Positions 51,996 through 64,000 of a stretch of 64,000 bases of DNA are shown piece by piece (within the stretch, counting starts at the first letter, position 1; every line of letters starts with the position of its first letter). The stretch is taken from the NCBI GenBank assembly GCA_051294905.1, contig CM119371.1, forward strand, positions 20,648,001 to 20,712,000, given 5' to 3'. The notes under the pieces were generated by a model, which was not told where the DNA came from, ran no database searches, and worked only from the letters and a program-made list of their open reading frames with translations. A program made the position numbers and the translations under genes. The DNA comes from Botryllus schlosseri (lineage: Eukaryota).

Positions 51996-54631
51996 CCCTC
52001 AATGTTATCCGTTGCCAAATATTGCATCGATGCGAACGCAAATGGCAGGGGCCAAAGTCTTTTCCACTCTTGATATAGCGAGCGCGTATCATAACATTGA
52101 AGTGGCGGAGTCAGACTGTCATTTGACCGCGTTTTATGCGAAAGAAATCGGTAAATTTCAGTACAATGTGTGTCCCTTCGGTTTCCGGTCCAGTGGAGAT
52201 CAATGGTGTAAATTGGCTTACGAGTTGCTTGGTGACATTCCTAACACTTTTCTGTATTGTGATGATATTGTTGTAGCAACACCGGACGAGAAGTCGCATT
52301 TGGAGACGTTGCGGGTAATTTTTGAGAAATTGAAGAGTGAGTCCCTTTCGTTGTCTACTGAGAAGTGTAAGTTCGGAGCAGAGTCAGTTCGATTTTTGGG
52401 GTTTTTGATTGACAAGGATGGCATCAGACCAGATCCCAGACGAGTTGAGGCGATTGTGAAGTTTCCAGTGCCAAAGACTATTCGCGAGGTGAGGCGTAGG
52501 ATCGGCATGGATAGTTATTATTCGAGAAACATCAAGAATTGCTCAGCGATTATGCAGCCGCTCTGCGATTTATTGAAAGGAACAAGTGCTCGAAGTAAGC
52601 TTAAATGGTCCAATGCGGCGCCGAAGGCATTTGAGCAGATCAAGACAGCTTTGGTAGAGACAGTGAGCTTGGCTTTTCCGACATTTCATGGGCCTATGCA
52701 GCTTGTGACGGACGCGAGTCAGGTTGCAGTGGGTGCGGTTATCAACGAGTACCAGAACGGCAGGTATGTGCCCCTGGCTTTCTTCAGCAAGAGTTTAACT
52801 GCGTCTCAGCGAAAGTGGTCAGCGGTGAAGAGAGAGACGTATGCTGTATTCATGGCTCTGCAGCAGTTTCGAGATTTTTGCATGGGCAGGTCAGTGAGTT
52901 TGGTCACAGACTGTCAGGTGTTGGCCAAGATGATTATCAACCCAAAGGAGTGTGCTGATCCAGCCATGTTTCGGTTTCTTGAATACATTAATTACTTTGT
53001 AAATAAATCTACATGTATTCGCGGTATTTTCAATTCTGTTTCCGATTGTTTGTCTCGTGTCGAGATTAATGAATTTGTTGTGTCAGAGGGCTTGAAACCT
53101 GATTTTATAAAGCGTATTGCAGTGGCACAGAGGCAAGATAAGGAATTGGCAGAATTTCGTGAGCGTACTTTGAGTGAGACTGGTTTGAAGTTGAGAGAGT
53201 TGAAGTTGGTCGGGTGTGAGATGGGCGTGATTTGTCACGTCCCAGATGTAAGCTCTAAATCACAGAAGTCGTCTGTAATTCCAAGAGTGTGGGTTCCACG
53301 TCATATGAGGCGTGAGTTGTTTGAACATGTGCATTCGTTGTCGCATCCCGGTATTCGTGCGACGTTGGCATTCGCTAAACGACTTTACGTGTTCCCTGAC
53401 ATGGATCGTTGGTTACGAGAATCTGTGCGGGCGTGTCCGATGTGTAGCAAAAGCAAAATAATTCGTCATGTGCGTTCCGCTTTAAAACATGTGCCGCGCC
53501 GTAGTGACGGTAATGCCGACATTTCAATTGACATCGCTGGTCCGCTTCGTGAAACAGAGGATGGTAATCGATATTTTCTTATCATTGTTGATCGTGTCAC
53601 AAATTATACTAATGCAGTCCCCATGAAAAGACAAGATACCGACACGGTTATCCGTGCTTTGATTGATGGTTTTGTAAAGGATCGTGGAGCACCTATGGTT
53701 ATAAGGTCAGACCGGGGCTCAGTGTTTACTTCGTATGAATGGGAAAAGTTCATGTCGGTCCTTGAATGTACACATTCATTTTCGTTGGCACTTTCACCAC
53801 AGCAGAATTCGATCTCCGAGACGGGGATTCGACGAATCAAACGCGGTTTGCGGTGCGCTAATAATCCTGCGGCATGGGATCGGTTATTACTTTTTGTGAT
53901 TTTGTCATTGAATGCCTCGGTGCGCGAGGGGTATGATTATTCCGCGGCGGAAATGACGTATGGGGAAAATGTGCGGTTACCTGGAACCTATTTTGAATAT
54001 GACCCGAATATGTTCAAGAATAGTCAAGCAGAGGTGCTTTGTGATGTGCGCGAATTTTTCGAAAACTTGAATTTCAATAAGTCCAACATCCGGACAAATG
54101 TCAATGCATATGTACCGCCGGATCTCATGGTTTGTTCACATGTTTATGTAAAAAACGAGAGGGGTAAAAAGACCTCTTTTGATTTCTGGTATGTGGGTCC
54201 TTACAAGGTAATCGAAAGATCGAAATCGGGGAAGTCCTTCACTTTGTTGGTTAAGGGGAAAGAGAAAATCGTGTCGATTGACAGACTGAAAGTGTGTTAC
54301 TTTCCGCCATTTGATGTAGATAACGACGCGTTCGATGATTTCGTTCAGCAATTTCCGCCTGTTGATGTGGACAAATCGGTACTAAACTCCGCGGATAATC
54401 TGGTTGACGCAGGTGTAATTTTGTCCGGTGGTGATGACAGCGAGAGCGACTGTCCGGGTAGTGTTAGTGAGCGTGTATCTGATTGCTTACCTGTTGATGT
54501 TGATCGCGTAATTCGTAGGCGTGAATCCCGCCGCATGAGCGATAATGCTAAGACCCAAATATCTCGTGATTGCAGAAATATAACCGAGTCAAGTCCAAGA
54601 TATACGTCCAGAGGGAGACGATTCATTAGAC
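51996..54631 (+). CDS. pol: Gypsy pol: RT, RNase H, integrase (5'-truncated; true C-terminus at 56636-56661)
   Basis: YPLPNI, FSTLDIASAYH, PFGFRSS, YCDD, FLGF; TDASQVAVGAV, PLAFFSKSL, SDCLSR; HSLSHPG..CPMC, ISIDIAGP, RSDRGSVF, ISE; GPYKVI; no stop in ~880 codons. Confidence 0.95.
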
Positions 54632-56627
54632 CAGTGCTTTTCAACCTGTGTGACGGTTCGCACTGGTGCGAATGAAAAAAAGTTCAGTGCGAATGACCAA
54701 GGTAGTGCGAATAGTGCGAATGAAAATCTGGATCAAGTGCGAATGAAAATCGTGATTAATTGTTAACTTTTTTAACGTGGAATAATTCGAATAAACGTAA
54801 TCGAATATGTAAGATCAGTGTAACAGTTGCAGTTGCGACGCAATTGTAAAAACTTAATACGACCCACGACTAATCGTAGCTCTCATAAGCCGCAGTGAAT
54901 TAATATTCATGCACTATAATTATTACGTAACCAAAAGCCGGGTCTGGTAGCTGGTGTCGTGGCAGTATAGAGATCTCTACCATCTCTATAGTGGCAGACA
55001 TACAGTATATCAGCCCGTCTCATCCTGCGACAGGCTGGAAAAATGAAATTCAAATTGACTTTCTGCTTTCTTTCGCTAAACAATCATCATATTTTCGTAA
55101 TAACTGTTCGATTAGCGCGAGGCACGAGGATAGTAGTAAATCCTATCATTGCAGACTCACATTTGCAAGTTACTGTAACAACGCAAATATAACCCTTCAA
55201 GGGTTATTAAAGTATGGACCGCAAAGGGTATAATTTTGGGTCGACACGGTACCAGAGCTATCTGTTATATGTATGTAAAATTTATTGAATTTATTGCAAA
55301 AAATCCTGCGCTCGTTTTTACATATCCAAGATCACTTTGTTGGGTACTGCAGCCAATAAGCGAGACAAGCAATAAATATGGCTTTATCATGAGAATTCAT
55401 GATAAGATTTGTCTGACTGTTTTTTCTTGAAAACATGGTCGAAGACCGTTGAGATGAAATAGTGTATGGGTGTGCAACGAGCGAGATCAGGCCTATGAGA
55501 CTCATCCATTTCGAGGCCAACCCCTTTTGCGTCGGGGCACATGACGATGTAAAGTTTTTGCGAACAAACCGCTGATAAAATGCGGCGCCAAAAACATAAG
55601 CGGCGACAAAACCTCGGTCTAAAAATGACCCATGCTGGATGGCGAAACCTTTCGAGATGGATTGGATATGATGCTCCGTTGTCGGCACGGAAAGTCCCGT
55701 TCTTGCAATCTGAATAGACAGTAGTACAACCGCGATACGCGGAGGAATTTAATTCGCCCTAATTTAGAATAGCGTGCGTCATACATGTTTTGTAGAGCTG
55801 TGTTGGGTAGAATTGTGGTGTGCGCGTTCTGTATGTCATACATGCCCGTAAAATCGTAGCATACAACTGTAACATTAAAAATAAATTCCTTTTTTATGGG
55901 TGAGGCTCGGGTCGCAAGATGCCACAAAAACCCAGATTTTGGTGGTAGTCTAAAAGCTGCTTTACCGGTATTAAACTGTCATGAATTCTCAAGTCAGATA
56001 GAGTAGATAGAGTATAGTAGAACACAAAGTGTCGTGAGTTATTTGCTTTTTTCATTAACTTGCGAGACAGAAGTTGGAGCAACGTATCATCAGATAGCGA
56101 GCGCTAATGTGCCTGCTCTCCTTGATCGTTTTACACCCTATGTTTCATAGGCATAAGGCAAAATCCTCAACACAAACGTGTGTGCTTTTCATTCTTTCGA
56201 CAAACTACAAACTGGAGCCTCGCGGGACCTTCGTGTCAGCTCTCATAAACGATTTCTGCCAACAAGCATTTTTCACTCGCGAAAAATACGCTATATTTTG
56301 GATAGTAGTGCAAAACAGATTTTAAGACCTGGCCATCCAAGCACTAGTAGACGTCCTTGTGCAAATTCCCAACAACATTGTTTGGCCGAGAAGGCTTTAA
56401 GTGAAATAATTGAAAGCAAAACGAGCAAAAAAAGCTGCCTTTTTAATGAGACACTTGATAGCTTAAGCTACATAGTAGCCAATTTTGATGCACATCTGAA
56501 CGACATATTGTTAAGTAGGCCTATCTTCATCTTCGTTTTGTATAACAATTTTCGACTAGTTTGTGCGAATGAAATTTATTTTACAAAAAAAAGTGCGAAC
56601 GGAGCTCAAAAAGGTTGAAAAGCACTG
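54632..56627. mobile_element. 1996-bp non-autonomous hAT inserted in the last codons of pol
   Basis: TIR CAGTGCTTTTCAACCT / AGGTTGAAAAGCACTG; perfect TSD CATTAGAC (54624-54631, 56628-56635); GTGCGAATGA subterminal repeats. Confidence 0.95.
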
Positions 56628-56683
56628 CATTAGACCAAGACATTTGAAAGACTTTGTCTGAATAACTGCGCGTTCAAGAAAAG

Positions 56684-58584
56684 ATGTGGGTGACGTTGTT
56701 TACGCTGTTTACATTGGCGTTGTATCTAAATGCAGGTTTGCTGCCTCCTCTTCCTCCCGTGATAAAAGGGAAGGTGTGTTTGCCTAAACTCGCTGCAGAC
56801 GTATATGATATCACTAGTGTTAAATGCAAACATCATCCGGTTGAAAATATTCGCCACTGTGCGAGTGGAGTGTATCATCAAAATCGTCATAAGACCAAGC
56901 TTAATGCAGTTGCATGTCATGTTATGTTGATTGAAACTGAGACTTTTCGTTATGTGTTCGGGTCCACGGAGGCAACTTGTCAGTCTCGCGTGGGACCGCC
57001 CATTTCTGCATGTGATTGCGCCGCATATGTGAAAAATGGGGACGGTAAATTCGGTCCGTTGATTGCTATCAGCCCTCTGTTGTTGCGTACGAACAACACG
57101 GCTAGGTACAGTTATGCGTACTTGCGGACGTGTCAAACTACCGCGACAAATGTTTTCGTGATAAAAACCGGTATAATGTATGATCATGAAAAGGATGTTT
57201 TTTCTTCGCCTTTATCTTTTACTAACGGATGTCGCGTAACGCAAGGTTCATGTGAAACGGAAACGTATACGTTTGTATGGGATACGAATGAAAGACTAGT
57301 GTGTCCTAACCTTGAAATAGAGTCTAATACCTCAATGATAATGTATTTAGACGGGGACAAGAAAGTAACTCGGATCCAACTCCCTTTCTTGGGCATGTCC
57401 TTTCACGAGTGGTACGAATGTGGTAAAGTAGATTCGGATTGTTTTAGGAATCATGATTTGATTTGCACGTATAATGGTTTGGTGTTCAAAAATGTTAAAT
57501 GCACTGACTATGATGTTAGTGATGTGTTGGCTAGGAATATGACCCATCCTAGGATAGGGGGCGTTTTGTCGGCGATATTGCAAGACATGGAGGATAGGGC
57601 TGCCGCCAATATTAAAGGCACGCAGAGTGCGTTGAATGAAATTCATTGTCAGATGGAAAAGATTGTGGCGTCAAATTTGAGAATTTTAGCGAATTCCCAC
57701 CCTAGTGCCGTGTTGTCCACTATGATGAATCGTCCCGTTCGGGCGATCAAAGTTGGCGATGCGTTCGTGGTCATGCACTGTACGGACGTAAATGCGACTT
57801 TGTTGGAAAGTTTAGTATATGAAGGGGTTGTGTCAGCTAGACCTCTGGTTATGTTTACGGACTACGAGGGAAAAAATAGAATTAGTCAGATATATTACGG
57901 CGATACAATCCAGAAGGGAATCCATGATGTAGATACCACAAATCCCAAACGTAATTCACACTTGGTAGAGTTGTTCAAAATTAATGGGATGTTCTTTAAA
58001 TTCTACAACAATTCGTTGATATCGGTAAATGTAACTGTGCGCCGGCTTGTTACAAATATTCACGATATTGAAGTCCCGCATGAAGAGGTAGACTATTTGG
58101 CTGTCATGACTGAGTTGTTTGCGGGCGAGGATGTTGAAGCCGGTGCCGACGTTGAATCGGTAATGTTTAAAACCACATCTGACTTCGTTAGGCATGCTCG
58201 GGCAGTGCGTCGTCTGGCCAGGGACGTAACTGGTTCGGTGGTGGTTAGCGAGGGGTCGTTTCGGTATTGGGAAAAATTGGTAGTTGGTTCAAGAATTCCT
58301 TTCTGGGGGTGCTGGGAATGATTACTGGTCCCGCGGGTCGGGTTATTTCAGTAATGGTGGTGGCCTTCGTAGTAATTGTTGCTTGTGGAGTATGTGGGAA
58401 GTTTGCACGGTACGGGGTGAGACGCTCTAAGAAATTGCGGATGTCGCGCGCGAATCGGGAGGATATAAATGATCGAATTAAAATTAGGAAATTGTTGCAA
58501 AGATATAGAGATAAAAGGGAAGCCGAAATTAATACAGATGTTACTTCTGGGGGTAAAGTAGTAGAAGTAAATGACAGTGAATAG
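56684..58584 (+). CDS. env: Envelope glycoprotein, class III (gB-like) fusogen; one frameshift before the transmembrane helix (~633 aa repaired)
   Basis: Signal peptide MWVTLFTLFTLALYLNAG; Cys-rich ectodomain; six N-x-S/T sequons; gB-like segments HCQ...HPSAVLSTMMNRPVRAIKVGDAFVVMHC and SARPLVMF; TM VISVMVVAFVVIVACGV and basic tail in ORF 58267-58584. Confidence 0.85.
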
Positions 58585-59220
58585 CATGTTCTGTGGGTTT
58601 TGATGCATGATTATCGATATATATGGTTCGGACCTTGCGTACACGTTGATGGCATTCGTCAGTGCACATAGACTTTGTTTTTCTGTCTATGAATTGTATT
58701 GTCGTTACTTTAGTTGCTGATCTTTATTATTCATTTTCATTATTTTGTGGTTTTGCATGTACTTTTGTGCTGTTGATATTTTAGTTCTGCATTTGTGTTT
58801 AATGATGATATGTTATTGCAAGCAATGAGATCGTGATTGTCTCTATGGTATCGCTTTTGGGCTAATGATTATGTTCTTTTATTGTATTGATGATATCATG
58901 TTATTACTGCATGCGAAGTGACCTTTATTGTCGCTGATCGTACCGCTTTTGTGCTAGTTAATGTATTTTATTTCTTTAGTTGGATTTGAACGCTAATGGC
59001 GTAATGGTGTGTTTTAGTGTCATCCCGAGATGGTTATGTGAAATAGGGTTTCCGAATGCCACGCTTGGATGGTATTTCGTTTCATTAGTTTACTTTTACC
59101 CCTGCATATAAAATCTTTTCCTGTCTCCAGTCCATATGATTAGCCCCAGTCCATATGTTGTATGACCCTAGGTTTGAGATATTGACCAATATACTCGTTT
59201 TTTTTACACCAAGTTATTTT

Positions 59221-59235
59221 GGTGGGAAGGGGGAA
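59221..59235 (+). promoter_or_regulatory. Polypurine tract
   Basis: GGTGGGAAGGGGGAA just upstream of the 3' LTR. Confidence 0.75.
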
Positions 59236-59237
59236 CT

Positions 59238-59762
59238 TTTAACGGAGTATATTGGTATAACGCCATTTTAATAATATTCGATAAGGAGTTGGTAAACCTT
59301 ACGTAATTCCTTGAACTGAAACCCGATAACACCTTTGTGAGTCGTACATTTTGTCGTGTGAACGTAGATAACGATTTGGCATGTACTCTCTCGTGGCCAT
59401 GAGAGACATTCATTCAATTCATGATTTTTCGCTGATTCGGAAGTCCGTTTCTTTGTCGTACGTAATTTCAATAAAGTTACAAGTCGTGGAGACGGAAACA
59501 AAATATATTCGTCAGTGTGATTCATCGAATACGTGTGAAATAGAGAGGCATCGTGGTACGTCAGCCAACAAGGCCGGTCCGTCGAACGAAAGAAGAAACA
59601 CGCAGCGAATTGTAAACGCAACCTTCTTGGAGTCAGATATACAAATATACAACTACAAACATTCGCTCTGCGTTAAAGTGTTGACCCCGACGTTCGATCT
59701 CTGCGTGACTGCTGGAGCGTGATGCATATGTGGAAATTCCAATACATTACAGCTCCGTTATA
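59238..59762 (+). repeat. 3' LTR (~525 bp)
   Basis: Follows the PPT; inverted termini TTTAACGGAG / CTCCGTTATA (degenerate TGTAACGGAG / CTCCGTTACA); AATAAA at 59470; internal match to 51870-51995. Confidence 0.75.
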
Positions 59763-59941
59763 CGGTGGCGTTCTGAAGGTAACGGCTGCGGCCAAAATTT
59801 TTCTTTCGTTTTGCCCTTCAATTTGAGACCGCATCATTTTTAGAGTGCATTGCCCCTTTAATGCAATATGTTCGTGAAAATTATAGCAAATTACACCATG
59901 GCATCATATTCTTTCAGTAGTGATGATTCAACCCTATTTTC

Positions 59942-60744
59942 CAGTGTTGGGATGACTCGAGTCATGACTTGACTTGACTTGACTCGAGTCTCTTTTCTAA
60001 TATGACTTGACTTGACTTGACTCGGAGTATCAGAAATGTGGATTGACTCGTGACTCGGAGAACAATTCGGGAGTGAATTCCAAGTCATCAAGTAATCAGC
60101 GTCTATACAAATCACTGTATCTTGTGTACGTTCGGATTGTTCGCGAAACACTGGGGTAACCCGTGACAGCAAACAATCATTCAATGAACGTGCGTTTTAC
60201 TGAGCCTCCATTGTTCTCCCATAACATAAATTGACCGCAGACGAAGTGATCCAAGCGTACAGCCAGCGTACAGGTAATCTAGTATAGTAAAGTAATTTAA
60301 TAGCGAAATGTCTATAACTGTTCTTTATTCTTACTTTAACCTAACCATTTGTTTTATTGAAATTGAATTCGAATGTAGTTTATATAGTCCTCAAGCAGCA
60401 TTGGCGCAGGCTCTAATTGTATCATATCAATTAGTTAATGGGTAATATATTTCATCTTATCAATTCGTTTTCTATTCTCTATTTGGACTGGTAACTATAT
60501 ACAGGCTCTACAATTACTTACAATGAAGTATTCATGCCTGATACTTCGAAAAGGCAACTTGTCTTGAATTCTGATTTAACTCGTGACTTGACTCGACTTG
60601 ACCCGAGTCCCTTCCAAAAATCGAGTGACTTGACTTGACTCGAGTCACCTTCGAAAATCGATTGACTTGACTTGACTCGAGTCAAAATGTGCAATGACTC
60701 GAAATGACTCGTGGCTCGAAGGTAGTGACCTGATGCAAACACTG
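59942..60744. mobile_element. hAT MITE with GACTT/GACTC subterminal arrays
   Basis: CAGTGTTGGGAT / ATGCAAACACTG; TSD CTATTTTC / CTATTTAC; partial copy starts at 16693. Confidence 0.85.
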
Positions 60745-62530
60745 CTATTTACTGGAAGAAAATGTACCAGCATAAAACTATTCCAGGCTGATTTCCAATA
60801 CATAGACATAGCGTAGACTTCATACAGGTGGTTAGATCCCTCAACCCTTGATACGTACTAACAAAACCTGGTAAGAATTATAGACGATCAGTTATGAAAA
60901 TTCGCTCTTATATATATATTCCATATAGTGATCACATACGTTTCCCTGCACTGATTTACCACAGTATCATCGCAATGCCGATAAACATCCACGTTTAAGT
61001 TCCGCTGTCCATAGCATATTTTGTGTTGCAATGCCAGTGTTGTAAGTGATTATACGGGTCCTGTAACAATGGTCGGGCTGATGGTATCTTCATAATACTT
61101 GACGATGAACTACGGTTGGCGTGGGGGACAGGCCCCGATATGAGGGCCTTTTAATCAATTAATTCGTCATGCGATGGCGGCCGTGAGTCGATAGCCACAT
61201 GCGAGAATGGGTAGCTTCTGATGTCAACACAAGCCGTCGCCTACGAGTCTGACCAATGCACTTAGGGCATATAGGGCACATAGGGCATTGCGAGAGATTG
61301 TCCGGATACGTTGTTGACTAATCAGACTCGTCCCTACTATTATCATATCCGCCCTCTATAGCCCCATCCCATAAAAACACTCAACACATAGGCTGACATA
61401 AACCTAAATTGGTTGAGGCAGAAAATATAAGATATTACGTTCGCTACATAAACAACTCGTCGTTATTACCTGCGGGCGGCTTAAGATTTTTGAAGACAAA
61501 TATTTAAAATCATAAAGAATGTTATCTAACAGCCCTGGTGTAACAACTCAACACGAGAATACTGGCAGCGTTATTGTTTATTACCTACGTTGCAGTGGAA
61601 CTGTATTGAATGAAATTTAGGTGTCGATTAAGCAACGACACTTTCGATATTGTCGTGTCAACGTAACGCTCGCAAAATCATATAGTTCGTTGAAACTTAT
61701 CTGTTATGGAGCATGTAATACGATATATAATTTCAAAATTTCCGCCATACAGTATAGTGAATTATTTTCCTGTCAGCTCACGAATTTTATCATTAAATAT
61801 GTGATTCCGATATATTAGATTAATTGAAACTTCATTGTCAAAATTTCTTCGCGATGCCATTCCCTGAATATGTTGGTTAGATCTGCATTTAGCTATTACC
61901 CGAGTAATGCGACAAAGCCTAAAACGTTATTCGTACCAATTTGATGACGACTTCAAGTACCTTTGCGACGCTATGCATGATTCAGATGTATAATTTAAAT
62001 ATTCTAATCACATACACAATTAGTGATTTTGTTCAAACGAAAAAACTTGCTGATTGTGCACGGATTAAAGGGAATTTTGACGAACTGTTGGTTAAAGGAG
62101 AAGACACTCCCATTATCACGAGATAGTAATAATCGCTGGAATAAACACTTAGTAAAAAGTTACGCAAGGTTTATAACTTAGCTTTACATGCCCGCGACAG
62201 TAATTTTTCAATACTTGACACTAGCAGAAAGTATGCCATGTAAATCGCTACGACACTGCTTATCAGTACAATACCTTAGAGCAGGCGTCTCAAACATATG
62301 ACATGTCGGTCGACTTCATCCAGCCCTCGTCGCAATTCTGAGTGGATTGAAAATTTATTGCATTATTATCAGACACATTTCAGACACATATTGAGGTTTT
62401 TAATAAGATATACTTCCAGTGAATAATCTCTTAAAACAGACGGTGTCGAAAATGTTCATGCACCACATGCACCATATAACAGATCTGTTTCGGTTTTACT
62501 CTGGTAAGAACAAGTCGGTGACATTGACAC

Positions 62531-63138
62531 TATGGATGGTGCGAACCTATGAAAAGGTTCTGTGTGAACGCGAACGTGAACCTCATGACGTCATGCGACG
62601 TCATATTGATAATTTCAACGATAAATTTAAATGCAGTGATAGCACACCGATTGAGAACCACTGCAATAAACACATGAAATGAACAGTGACCCGGTACGCC
62701 TGCTGCATTTTGTACATCGGACAACGATATCAATTTCATTGATTGCTTGAATATGCATCATTCGCTGACTACATGTGGAGTATTTCGCCCTTGATACTGT
62801 GTGATTGTGGGTCAAGATCACAGCAGAGAGTCATCAAATATTCACAAACGGAAATTTGGATAATTCGAGCAAACTTTTGTAACAAAGCAAGTAAAATTTT
62901 TGAGATTGTCAAGGTGCATGATCGTTGTTTTTATGCTGCCAGCGACATGCATAGAGTGACCCGCGGTTGAAATGCAATAAATTTCAACCACAGATGTTAT
63001 AATGAAGTTGAAATTGTAATGTGTGAGAAAGGTCCACAGTGCAGCACCTACCAATGTTCGTTTGTGATCGTGAACCTCTAAATTTATGAGGTTCACACAC
63101 AGAACGCGAACGTGAACCCCACGGTCACACCATCCCTA
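62531..63138. mobile_element. TAGGGATGG-type hAT MITE
   Basis: TATGGATGGTG / CACCATCCCTA; perfect TSD ATTGACAC; related partial copy at ~17330-17791. Confidence 0.88.
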
Positions 63139-64000
63139 ATTGACACAAAATTCCGAGTAAGGTAAAGCGTGCACACAGAAAAGTCCGTCGTTTACCTTCT
63201 GACTTAAAAGATCCCCTGTGTCCAATGAACCCCGATTGCTTTTCTCATTATGAACAAAATCCTATTTAACTTCCGCTTTAATAGTGGTATGTATCTTCTG
63301 TATACTTCAAAGCGCATAAGCAAGAGTAACGCCACATTACGACTAAAACATAGGGAGCATAGGAATATGCCATCTTTTATAGTCGTTAAAGCCACTGTTT
63401 TAGCGATTTATTACTGTAATCAACCGGTCAACCACCGTAAGTTTGCGGAATCCGCTGCTTCTGAGTAAAAGTGTTTTTAGGATACCGTATCTACCTATGA
63501 TCAGTAAAGTAATGTGATATACTGTTAAATATAGGTTTGATATAAAGTATTGAAGTGGAAAACAAGAGTGTGGATTCGAAGGCAATAGTTTGGAATAATT
63601 GGACTATAGTCCGGCCCATGGCTTGCAATCAAAAAATTTGAAGCCGGCCGCAACACGAGTGGTGTTTGACACCCCTGCCTTGGAGAAAACTCTGTACTGT
63701 ACAGTCAAATATTTCCCAACTTGCCCGATACATGCTGTAAGGCAACTTCTTTTTCCGCATTTGAAATCGTGTGCGTCTTTTAGTTTCGTAGCCTACGTTA
63801 TGTCGATTCCATATTTTTATATAGCAGACGGGAGGTCACGAAATAACATAATGTTAAGGAGTCATACCAACGGGCTTTACAGTGTCCAAGACACCTCACT
63901 CAGCTCTACCGGTAAATCTGATTACGTGGGCAGAGAGGATAAGAAGTTGATAACAATATATATGCAATTCCCGATCTAATTCACCGATTTTATCACGAAT

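Larger units (their letters stand above)
51870..59762 (+). mobile_element. Envelope-bearing Ty3/Gypsy LTR retroelement, gag/protease deleted
   Basis: 5' LTR remnant, pol, hAT insert, env, T-rich UTR, PPT, 3' LTR, in that order. Confidence 0.9.

Noticed and set aside
56726..57187. 153-aa minus-strand ORF
   Set aside because: Antisense shadow of env
59763..59785. Primer-binding site (GGTGGCG) after the LTR
   Set aside because: The LTR follows a PPT, so it is the 3' LTR; no gag follows, and the sequence could equally be a degenerate CAGTGGCG hAT end
61090..61335. GC-richer stretch, possible SINE or structured RNA
   Set aside because: No convincing A/B boxes, cloverleaf, tail, TSD or second copy in the window

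Overview
Eukaryotic (animal, probably invertebrate) AT-rich genomic DNA made mostly of nested transposon material. The only clear host genes are two paralogous single-exon C2H2 zinc-finger arrays on the minus strand (12.6-13.5 kb, 22.0-23.1 kb). The best finding is a Ty3/Gypsy LTR element (51.9-59.8 kb) with an uninterrupted RT-RNaseH-integrase frame. It also carries an envelope gene with the hallmarks of a herpesvirus gB-type class III fusion glycoprotein. A 2-kb hAT insertion (TSD CATTAGAC) hides the pol-env junction; removing it restores the pol C-terminus and puts env 22 nt after the pol stop. The window also holds a full-length 3.2-kb hATm-like transposon (about 300-bp TIRs, 8-bp TSD, empty paralogous site in the same window) and two large CACTA/EnSpm-like elements with remnants of a spliced accessory gene. 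There is a decayed second Gypsy pol, a ~125-bp minisatellite with higher-order structure, two local duplications and more than 15 hAT MITEs with readable TSDs. All family assignments come from reading motifs by eye; no database search was run. No rRNA, tRNA or CRISPR was seen.
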